This document shows positions 40,672-52,081 of a stretch of DNA of 64,000 bases, one piece after another (the first letter of the stretch is position 1; each line of letters opens with the position of its first letter). The notes under the pieces are model-generated. The model was not told the DNA's origin, made no database searches, and saw only the letters and a program-made list of their open reading frames with translations. A program made the translations under genes and the position numbers. Source of the stretch: Azolla caroliniana (taxonomy: Eukaryota; Plantae; Polypodiophyta); NCBI GenBank assembly GCA_043228905.1, contig JBHGNT010000001.1, forward strand, positions 434,001 through 498,000. Direction: 5' to 3'.

Positions 40672-40880
40672 CCTCGACGGTGATCCTTCTACTTCTCCTC
40701 TACCGTTGCAAGGACACGGTTCTGTGGTCCAACTTCACGAGCCTCGGCATTACGACCGGAATAAAGAAGCAGAGAATCCTTTCCTTCTGATCTGACAAAA
40801 CCCTTAAGAAGGGAATATGTTTCTGGACGATGAACCTCGGAAAGGAGCAGAGAGAGCTCATAAAGAGGACTCTGTGTTGG
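40672..40880 (-). promoter_or_regulatory. Probable upstream 5'-UTR exon of SINAT
   Basis: Higher-GC block ending in ccgtcgag|gttgg (donor), then an AT/microsatellite-rich ~1.2 kb intron and an acceptor (tatcag|) near 39491. Confidence 0.5.
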
Positions 40881-41844
40881 GGTTAGGATGAGGGTGTATG
40901 GTGTATGGTGTGTTGGGTGGGTGGCCTGGACAAAAGCGGGGGTGCTAAAAATTTAGAGCTTTTTCGCCATAGCTGTGAACCCTCCCCCACCTTTCTATTA
41001 TCCTTTCTCTCAGAATAACGAGGCGATGATGATGATGGTGATGGTGATGGTGACGGTGACGATGTCCATTCGTGTTTTTTTTTGCCCGTGACAATGGGCG
41101 GCCAAGCCCAAGAGAACCAACAGTCCGTCTGTCCGTTCATCTCCACAGCCCTCCCCCGGCCATCGGCTCATCACTTCCCTCTCGTTGCCTAAATCCACAT
41201 GGGCTTTGGTGGTGTGCGTATGTAACCCATGACTTACTCCCCCACATGACTTGCTTTTTTTCGTGGCTTCATGAATCCCCAACATGGACGCTAGTCATTG
41301 AAGGAAATATTGGCCATCATAGTGGACTACATCGTGTAACTTATTTTTGGTGAGAGTACGGTGAACGTGTTGAGGGCATGAACCCAACCCTACCTTTGTA
41401 GCATTGTCCTTGTGTAGCCAATGTAATCTTGATTTTAGTAGAATGTGTTGGATTTGTTTCTTTTGGTTGATGAGCTACAGAGATATATGTTTATCTTGCA
41501 TGCCAAGGAGACATCCCTATGGGGTTCTCCGTATGTTTGTGTCTACTATATAAAAGGAAGAGATTGTGTGTGTGGCTTTTGATACTTCTCATGTGTTGTG
41601 TCCCTGAGTGGATGATTACGGAACCATTGGAAGAACACCAACTCTTATACTCACTCATACTATAATATGAAAGTTACACATGATTGGAAGACAACGCCTT
41701 GTATAACTTCTACATGAAAATGGTCACATAATTGTGAACATATAGAATTCGAGTTTCCATGCTAACACTCATTCATGTTGTATGAATCGTCTTTTACAGA
41801 TTCCGGAGCTCTTTTGAAATCTTATCACTTAACCTTGTCCTTAC

Positions 41845-42122
41845 CATAGTATGAACCATATGAATCCTAAACCCTCGCATTCGTGAATGTTTCAATCATT
41901 CGCGTAAGAAAAACACCCTCAAAGAATGATAAATACCATACTTTTGGATTAACTATTTATTATGAGATAAATAAGCCTAACAAATGAAAAATGAACATTA
42001 AAAAATGGGAAAAATAAAACAAAAATAATAACACACAAGAATGTTTGAATAACATTCGCCTTTGTTTTCCAACGTAGGAAAACGAATGTTATGCTAGACG
42101 AACACGAATTTTACGTACTATG
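41845..42122. mobile_element. Short CATAG...CTATG hAT-like MITE, ~278 bp
   Basis: Termini CATAGTA...TACTATG with ATTCG/CGAAT motifs. Left flank gtccttac; right flank ctccttac offset by 3 bp. Confidence 0.6.
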
Positions 42123-45100
42123 GGACTCCTTACCATGCGCTTCATCAATTCCAATTCGGTCATGGTCAAAAGATGGGTTTAGTATTAATGTACGTGGTAA
42201 TATGTGTGACTTGTTATTCCATGACTATTTTAACTTTTTTGCAACTATTTTATTTTTTGTATAAATACCAATTAACCCATGGGCCATAACAAAGTGGCAT
42301 ATAAACCTTATTGAGGCAATATTACTTGTGAGAGGAAGATGTGCTTTTTACATCAATTGTATCGTTGTAATTATAATAGGGGATGAATAGGTGTTGTCAA
42401 CATGAATGTGGATCAACGAAGAATGAAGTTGAAGGGGAGGTTAAGGACAGAGAGACAAGGGAGGGAAGGGGGGAATGAACAAGAGCTTAGAGGACATAAG
42501 ACATGACAATGACCAATGACATCAACTATACAAAAATGCATATGCGTGGCTAAACACAAAAATCCATATGCACCACCACAATATGTTGATGGAGCATGTG
42601 GCAACTAGACTTGACTTGTGTCTTTGTTTTTGTTGCAAAAAATGAGATCATTTTCTCTCCCACATTGTTGTCAATAAATCCCACTTGCATCACCTTCCAC
42701 ACATTTAGTGAAACTATCCTTTTAATAGAGGCAAAATAGCCAAATTTTAGGGGAATAAATGAAGGTAACCAATCCACTTTCCCTTCATTCAATGAGGTAC
42801 CCAACCTTCTTCCCACTTGTTTTAGATTTTAATATGAGTAAAAATATAGCCAATGTAGTTTTTAACTTAAAAACTACACGATTTCTTCACTTTGGCAACT
42901 CCACAAACCCCCTTCTCTTGACTCCTATGAGTTTACGTTATCAAATATAGTTGACTCTTATGCATGTCAATTCGATGGCATTCACTATTAGTGGGTAGAG
43001 GAAATTGATAGCTATGTCAACATAAAACAGCCCTAATGTTTTGTTGTGTGTGGAAAGCCCATAACCTGAACCAAAATGCCTTTGATAATTATGACTCCCA
43101 TGCAAAAGGCCTACACCCAACGTCACACGTGTTTATATGTTCTCAAGATTAATGTGAGGGCTTGGTGAGAGTAGATATTGCTAAGTGCATGAATCAATCG
43201 TGTTTGCTCTTTTTTCCATGAATATAATCAACCCTTAATATCACTATGTGTTGGCTTCGTGGTTTACACCATAGCATCAAACTCACAAAATTGAGAGAAT
43301 TAAAGTTTGATCCTTACAATTGGCTAGGCCTTGTCTCATTGCTCGCAATCGATCTTTTGTAGATGTTAAAATATATATTTATCTATCTATATATTAACCC
43401 CCAAGTGTCAAGAGGGGAAAAGATCTTGCAAATATAGATGCTTCTTTTTTATGGGACCCCTCCATTGTGGATAAGTGGTTTAACTCTTCTTTAGTGTGAT
43501 TATCTTGTATTCTCTCGATAACTAAATATCCATCGTCAAAGTCAAATTTTGTTACCAAGGGAAATGATTCGATAAGTATAGAGTATTGCTACCAACAAGT
43601 TCCCTACTACCTTAAGCATTAGAGAGCATTATGGTTGAGCAATTTGTGTTGCAAGCTATGAGATTTGGATGGAGGGAAATTGTTTGTCACATTGAATGCA
43701 CAAATGGAATGTTAATTACCAACTTTGGATGGGTTGAGTCTACGCCATAGCTTTTGTTTGTTCAGTGTGAGCACACATTAAATTCCTTTTGAAATTTAAA
43801 GTGCATGCACATGTATTGGGCATTTTCTTGAAGTATCGTTGGAATGTTTGTTATGGGTGTGATGTATGATTATACAAGTGAGATATGCACTAACATGAGT
43901 TTTGTGCAAGCAATGTGAATAAGGTTTTGCAAACTTTTGCTTGAATAACCTTAAAGTGGTAGGTGTAGTAGAGCAAACGAATATATGAAGGTAAAGGAAA
44001 AGAAGATAACACACCTTAAACAATTGCAAGTAGTTGAGGAGGTCCATAAATGAAGAAATACTTCATACTTACTCGAAATCCATTGGTCTAAAATTTGAAT
44101 ATGAGTTTGATCAATCATTAGATAAATTATTCAACAAAACATATATGGTATTCTCCCATTTCTACACTTCTTATCTTATCTTCTACATAAACATCCATAA
44201 GGCTTAGATGGACAAAGAAGTGCAGAAACTAGGATAGCCATACATGTTGTTCTTGAGTGAAGAGGCAATAAGTGTACTCTATCATTAGTTAACTCCAATG
44301 TATTAGTCATTTTCTTGCATCCCATGTTATGCATTAGTTAGTAACCTAATCTCTTAAAAAGTCAACGTAAATTGTTAGTACCCAATGAGGAAAGTAAGGT
44401 AACATTGTTGAAGATGAGAACAATGATACTTGTAATCTATGTTGGTGGAAAGATAGTCAAGAAATGAGGTTCGTGATAGTAAATTGACTATGATGATGGT
44501 AAGTTGTGATTGTGAATCATATATACTAAGGTGCATCTTTCTTCAAAAAACGAAAAAGAAGAAGTTGTGATTGTGAATCACGATGATAATCAATAGGTTG
44601 TAATTATCCTTTAATAATATTGTAATTGACATGAACAACGCTTGAATGGGGAGGTTTGTTTTCAAATGAGTAAGAGAAAGTAAAGGGAAAGTGAAACTCA
44701 ACAAAACATTATGCTTGTATAAGGTGTAAAAGAAATAAATTAAGGTTGTGTGACCATTGATGAAAGCCTTGATGTCACAATTGTATAATGTATTGTTATA
44801 AAGAGAAATACAAAACTCGTGTTTTGTAAAGAAGATGTGTTCGGTTAGAACGTGAAATGTATGTTAGAAATAGCTAATGATGCAACACATATATGTAAAT
44901 ATTTAATTAAAGTAAATATATGTGTTCCAATGTTAGTCGAAAGAAATAAGAGGGAAACACCAAAACATAACTATTTTGGGGTTATTTACTAGCATGACCC
45001 CCGAATTTCTACAATTTGTAGGGTACCCGTATGGAGTAGTAGTAAACTTGGAAATGTTAGTAATGCAGTTATAAAGTTTTTTAAAATGAAGGGTTAAAAC

Positions 45101-48049
45101 TTAGTAACATTGAGGAGCATTGTTTTGTCATACATATTTTATTTATTTATTCCCAAAAAGAAGCTACTTTCCCATTTGTTAGGAGAGAATCGAGATTACT
45201 ACAGAAAGACTATACATGGTGGCTTATACATAGATTGGGGAATCAGCCTCCAACCGAGTTCAAGAATATGAAACTATGTACATATCCTTTCAAACTGACT
45301 ACTTAATGTAGTCGGTAGTTTTGACATACATGTTATTTCCGTTATGAAATATGTGGTCAAAGTAGGGAGAGTATCATAAACTAGTTTATTAGATACAAAC
45401 TTCGAATGGGAAATTGCAATATATCATATCTTGATTATGTTAGGGTAGAAAGCTAATAATTATAACAATGAGATTTGATAGTTCTAGAAAGGTAAAAGTA
45501 TGCCATAAAATTAATTATACACCCAAAATAGATCACCGATATGTTATGTCCTTGTTTCATAGGGGTCTTAAAACATACACAAAATGTGATTGGGAAACAA
45601 TTTGGGACACAATATGCTCATATATTGTATTAACAACTTAAGCTTACAACAATCCCAATTTAGGACAAACCAAAATCCGGAGTTGGAACAAGTCGGCATA
45701 ACTCCCACAACAGTTGAGGGAGAGAGAACAGTCCACGCTCCTTAGAGCTAGAATGGTGAGATCATGCCAAAAATAAAAACTCGTTTGTAATGCCAATCAA
45801 TGTGAGTTTGCTACCAAATTGTGGCTTATTCCGTTTTTGAGATATCAAACGCAAGTGCAAACGCAGACACTCACTCACTCACTCCTTTGAGACATGTGTT
45901 AAAGTCCACCATTGAGCTAAAGAATGAGGGATTCCAATAAATAAATATTTTAATCATCCCACTCACTCTTCCATCATTATTAGATTCATCTTAACTACTA
46001 GATGTACTTGCATAGAAATTCTATATAAACCAAGCCTCCCTCCCCCATATACAAGTGTTGATTATAGTTTATTAGGTTGTCATAAGGAGTTTTGTTATTA
46101 TTGTAATCTTCATTTGTTTGCTAATATATTATTCTCTTGGTGTATAATTCTCTCCCATTGCATATTCTTGCTATTATAAATGTTAATGGCTACATATGTT
46201 GTAGAGCTCCACCACATGTCATGTATTATGAAGATCGAAGGAAGATGTAGAGAATAAGAAATTACCACCAACAAGATGAATATCTAATTGTGTAGCTCTC
46301 TCTTGAGTGAAAAACTTTATGGCATTAACTCTGCATCATGGAAATGCAAAATGCACCAACACTTGCAAGACAAGGGTATTAGGATTACATTCAAGGTGAC
46401 GTTGCACTATACTCAAAATTAACACAACACATGCAAACTGTGTAGGATGGTAACATGTTGCAAGTTGCACCATATATTATTCTCGCAATGTGCATGCATG
46501 AGTGAACAAGACGTGAAAAGCCCAAAGGAAGCATGAAATGTTGTTGTTCTTTTGTTTTCATTGTTGTTGTAGTGTAGCTATTAGCAACATCTTTTTCGTC
46601 TTGAGGTATTAGGTCAAACATTAGAGTTCGTCTAAACTCTTGACAATAATGCGCTCTGAGGTGCTCGATTTTGTAAATGTTTTAGTTAGTATACAAGTTT
46701 TTTTTTTCTATGCCAAACTTATATACCATCCTCCAAGTTTGCAAATATCCCTAGTTTTGAACTCCTTTGCAAATGATGCTACTACTATCTTTATGGGATT
46801 AGAATCATTCGTTGAGGAAGTGGTATATGAGCTCCTCAATTCAAAAGGTAATCATTTTTGTACTATGTTGAGTATTATTTCACTAAGATTGTCAAACTTC
46901 AAAAATATTCTACCGACACTTTTCACTAAGTTCTCCAAGCTTCTAAAACATTGACCATTTTTCTCTTTGTGACCAATGCTTGACCCGTTCATTCGTGACC
47001 CTCATGGATGGGTTGTGTATGGTTTGTTGATGGTCATGCATTGGGCATGGAGATCTCATGGCGACAAATGACTAGCTTTTGAAAGCTTGCCCCAATTCCT
47101 ATTTTGGCATGAGTCATGACCATTAGCCAATATCAGGGCGGGCATCCACCTGTATCGAAGGCCATGGAAAAGTATCCACTGACATGTTTCAAAAAAGGGG
47201 GAGTGTGAATGGAATTGATAAATCAAGGATGCTTATTCTCTTAGTGCATGTTCAAAATTTATGAAAGGTGAAAAACTATAATATCACAAGTATACAATGT
47301 AATTGGTTTAAATGGTTAGAATAGACTCATGCAACTAAAGTGTTAGTGTTATGTACACATAACGTTTTGTGAGGGCAAGTCACTAATATTTACATTAGTG
47401 AAGGGTATGTTCACTAATGTTAAAAAGGGGCTAATGTGATTGGATAGAAGGAATGATAGGTGCATGCACTATCATGATTTGGGCAACCAATGAATGGAGA
47501 CCCTTTTAGAAAGGCACGTTTATTCAAGGGGCCTAGGAAAAGGTATAAATATGAGGCTTAGCTACCCTCATAAGCACATTACGTTGGAAGGTTGTTGTCT
47601 TAGACACCGGTGGTGCAGGCTAGTCTTTCGTCTCGACGATCGTGTTTATCTCTTCCAAGATATTAGTCGTCCTAATATCCGGTGGTATGGGACGTCGGTG
47701 GTAGGTTGGCGATGTCTAGATCATAGCTTGGGGGTGATCAGGTGGAACGGGTTCTTCTATCCAATCTATTTTCCTTCTTTTACTTTACTTTGTTCTATTG
47801 ATTAGTAATAGACTCTTAACAGTGGTTTCAAAGGTTTTACTAACAATTTATTTATTTTGTTTTAATATTTTTTGCTTGTGAGCGATGGGGATCTAACAAG
47901 GCTAGTCATGCTCTTCTCAAGATCAAAACAACACTCTAAACCCGGTATTCTTCTTTCTCGATCTCTCTTCTTTCTATGATGCGTTCTTGTTGGTCAAATC
48001 AAATTTGTATTACGTTTTCTTTTCTTTTCTTTCTTTTTTCTACCACAAT

Positions 48050-48500
48050 ACAATTTTAATTATTATTGTGCATCGGGCCGAGCGTGTTTGCACTAATCGC
48101 ACACACTCAACTCATGGCCCTTTTGTATATTGTGATGTATATCCTATGCTCCCCTCTCTTGAGCCTTCTCTTACAATATTAATTATTGTTGTGCATTGGG
48201 TCGAGTGTGTTTGCCCTAATCCCACACGCTCACCTCATGGCCCTTTTGCATATGATGTTGAGTATGCCACTCTTCCCTCTATTGAGCCATCACTTAGCCG
48301 AGTCTATGGGATGTTGTGGCCATGACAAGGTGTATGTTGCCTACCTATGCCACTCTACTCTTTATTGAGCAATCACTTGGCCGATTCTATGGGATGTTGT
48401 GGCCTTGAAGAGGTATATGTCGCTTACCTATGTCACTTTACTCTTTATTGAGCCATCACTTGTGGTGGTCTTGAGGAGGTGCATGTTGACTACTATAGGG
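48050..48500. repeat. Tandem repeats inside the LTR element
   Basis: aattattattgtgcat...ctcatggcccttttg twice; attgagccatcactt...ctatgggatgttgtggcc two to three times. Confidence 0.8.
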
Positions 48501-49203
48501 TTTTGTACCTTAAGGCATGCTTAATGTTCCATACACCTAGTTGCTTATTATTCTAATTAATTTCTAATTCCACAAATTGTCATTTCACTTATATGATTAT
48601 CTCATAATTATTGTTTACTCGCCCACAGTTAACTCTCCTTTTCCCCCTTCCTTTTCGTGTATAAAGTATTTACGTGCGTTTCCTATGATGTAACACTTCC
48701 GTGTAGACTATTTTTTTCGTATGGAGTGGGCATCATGCTGTTTGTTTTGAATGATTTTTTCCAACGGCTCATCTAGGTTTAATTCATATTATCGAGCCTT
48801 AGAACTCGAGTAAAACCACATGAGTTCCCCTATTGATGTTTTACTCATAATTTTGAGTACTACATCTTTGCGCACAACACCACCACCATTTGTATCAACT
48901 TGTGGCTTATGTCACAATTGTGCACATTACAATCACCATATTGGGATGGATATGTGCATACCTCGCACCATCCATTTATTGGTGGTATTTTGTTTTTTAG
49001 TAGACAACACATGGTTTTTGAACCTTGTTTTCGTCACTTCTTTACTCTTATAGATAATGACTTCTTTTTCTCATTTTTTCATAACATTTTCTTGCTACTC
49101 GCAAGACTAGAATATTATTTGCGAGTGCACTTGTTTTTTCACGTAATACACTTTCTCGACCATATCAATACATGTTGGGTTGGCATTCTAATATAAGGCT
49201 AAC

Positions 49204-49356
49204 CATAGTTCTAGCCATACGTCCCATTCGTGTCATACTCAAACGCCAATATTCGTATCATACTCATACGTGAAAAGGCTCCAAGTATGATTGAAATCCA
49301 TACGCGGTACTTAGATATATTATATATACATATGGTGTATATGGTGTACATAGTGT

Positions 49357-49426
<70 letters not shown>

Positions 49427-49804
49427 TCTAGAGAGAGAAGCCCTGTTTTGCATGTGTGAGGAGACAGTGATTGAGTGTATATCTAGACTCTAGAGAGAGA
49501 GAGAGAGAGAGGAGCTATGGGTTTTGTCTGTGTGAGGGAGTATGTAATATGTATATTAGATATCTAGATTTTGTAGAGAGAGAAAATCTGTCAGTTCTCG
49601 TGTGAGAGAGAGAGAGTGTGTGTGTGTATGTGTGTCAGATGTCACTTCTATTCACAAAATATTATGAATATCAAAAATTAAAAAAACAAAAAAAAAGTCA
49701 AAAAAAAGAAAGAAGCCAAACGAATATCGCGTATCATACGCGTACGTTTGCAAACGTTTGCGTACGTCCAGTAAATTGGACGTACGCGAATATTAGGAAC
49801 TATG
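49204..49804. mobile_element. hAT-like MITE nested in the LTR element, 601 bp
   Basis: Termini CATAGTTC...GAACTATG. Perfect 8-bp TSD AGGCTAAC (49196-49203 and 49805-49812). Internal (GA)n and a subterminal palindrome gcgtacgtcca-gtaaat-tggacgtacgc. Confidence 0.9.
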
Positions 49805-51104
49805 AGGCTAACTAGGAAACTACATTGATGTTAGAACCATGGTTGAGCCTCGAGGAGCCACCATCATTATTCAAGATAGAGATCCGACAAAGACATCTTA
49901 GCTATGTTTTCCCCCATGGTTTTTAAAACACCATAGTGTTACCATAGTTATCGTATCTCGAATCACATCTCATATGTCTAGAGGGGTAAAGATGTGAGAT
50001 GCTTTCTTGGTAAAGTTCTTACAATCAAACTTTCAAGCATTCATTTTGCTTGTGTATTTTCTGAACCTCCTTATTTATATTGCACAATTTCCTCACTTCA
50101 TATTGTAAGAGTGCAATCTTTTAAAGTAGGGGAGTATGTTATGTACACATAACGTTAGTGAGGGCAGGTCACTAATATTTACATTAGTGAAGGGTATGTT
50201 CACTAATGTTAAAAAGAGGCTAATGTGATTGGATAGAAGGAATGATTGGTTCATGCACTATCATGATTTGGGCAACCAATGAATGGAAACCCTTTTAGAA
50301 AGGCACATCTATTCAAGGGGCCTAGGAAAAGGTATAAATATGAGACTTAACTACCCTCATAAGCGCATTACGTCGGAAGGTTGTTGTCTTAGCGGGCTAG
50401 GCTTTCATCTCGACGATCATGTTTATATCTTCCAAGGTATTAGTCATCCTAATATCTGGCGGCATGGGACGTTGGTGGTAGGTTGGCTATGTCTAGATCA
50501 TAGCTCAGGGGTGGTCAGGTGGAACGGGTTCTTCTATCCAATCTATTTTCCTTCTTTTACTTTACTTTGGTCTATTGATTAGTAATAGACTCATAACAGT
50601 TAGGCCATGCATAAATAAATTATTGCATATGTCTCAATAGAAATACAAGAATGTCAATGGCCACGTACAACAACAAATTTTATCATACGATTAGTAGGAC
50701 TAACGAAAGTGAAAGGACTAACAAAAGTGAAAGACATAATCCCTGTGAATATATACAGTATATACAAGAGGGAATATGAAATATTTGGTCACATGTTACA
50801 TATGTGTTTACATCACCATGATTGTTAAAGCTTTGTTTTGTGCTTTTTCCATTGCAAATAATTTGTCTAGCTTCTTCTTCTTTTTAAAAAAAAGAAAGAT
50901 GCACCTTAGTATATTACTTGAAAACTCTCTACATAGAAAAAACAGAAGGAGACATTTCATCTCACTTCGTATTGTAAGATACAAAAGTTGGTACATCTAA
51001 TCCAACATATGTCATATATGAACAAGTAGAACATTACTATCCACCATCCAACATAAAGACGGAATGTCCACTTCGGACCAACAATTGTAAACTTGTATAT
51101 ATAT

Positions 51105-51255
51105 GCTTTTACTATATGCACGTGATGTTTTGGTCGTGTTATAAGTTGTTTTGCCAATGTAAAGAGGATATGATCAAATAATTTGTCTAGCTTTTACTAT
51201 ATGCACACGATGTTTTGGTTGTGTCACAAGTTGTTTTGCCAATGAAAAGAGGAAA
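51105..51255. repeat. Tandem duplication, ~85 bp period
   Basis: gcttttactatatgcac...gatgttttggt...aagttgttttgccaatg...aaagagga twice. Confidence 0.85.
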
Positions 51256-51575
51256 TGATAAAGTCGAAGGCATGTGATGTGAAAGATTTCGATGTTGGCC
51301 CATGCATGCTATGACACTTGGTTACTTCGTCTCATCGAGAATTAAAAGCATTTATAAAAAATAATAATGTAATGTTACATCATGATTTAGAAGATATGAT
51401 AATGGGTTGGCTTGGAAAAAATAAGGGAGAAAGCTAAAGTTTTCTCCGAAAGTTGTTAGACGTGTTAAATGTGGGAAGTCTTTTGATGAAATTCAAACAC
51501 CACATGAATACATAGAAAAAGGCCTCTACTAAATATCATCTTATTCAATCTTCTAGTGAATCCTGCATCAAAACC

Positions 51576-51706
51576 ATGACGAACATCAAGAGATCAACTT
51601 CTTTCCCTTCGGATTTCATCTTTGGCGTGGCAACGAGTGCAATCCAGGTGAGAAAACATCTAGGATCGATGGCATGTTGAATGACCATATGTCTCTACAC
51701 ATGTCA

Positions 51707-51741
<35 letters not shown>

Positions 51742-52032
51742 GTGGATGACTTACACAATGTACGAATTAAGGATAATTAATCGTGTGTGTGTGTGTGTGT
51801 GTGTGTGTGTAGGTGGAAGGCGGGACTGCGGAGGGTGGAAGAGGGATTGGTGTATGGGATACCTTTTGTAAGATACCAGGTAAGCTCTTCTTTCCTCTCT
51901 ATCGACTTCATCGTCTTGCTATGGTCGGTCGATCCATCCATCCATCCATCCATCCATTGGGTTGGGCTGCGCAGGGGCGATCAAGGATGGGACGAGCACC
52001 GCCACAACTTGCGATCACTTCCACAAGTACAA

Positions 52033-52081
<49 letters not shown>

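Larger units (their letters stand above)
47347..50598 (+). mobile_element. Complete non-autonomous LTR retrotransposon (TRIM/LARD-like), 3252 bp
   Basis: LTRs 47347-47821 and 50137-50598, both TGTTA...TAACA. GTTAG TSD at 47342-47346 and 50599-50603. PBS-like gtggtttcaaagg after the 5' LTR. PPT aaagtaggggagta before the 3' LTR. No recognisable gag/pol. Confidence 0.92.

Noticed and set aside
47494-50582. Two similar ~100-aa ORFs (METLLERH...) as duplicated genes
   Set aside because: Both lie wholly within the two LTRs and show no known domain.
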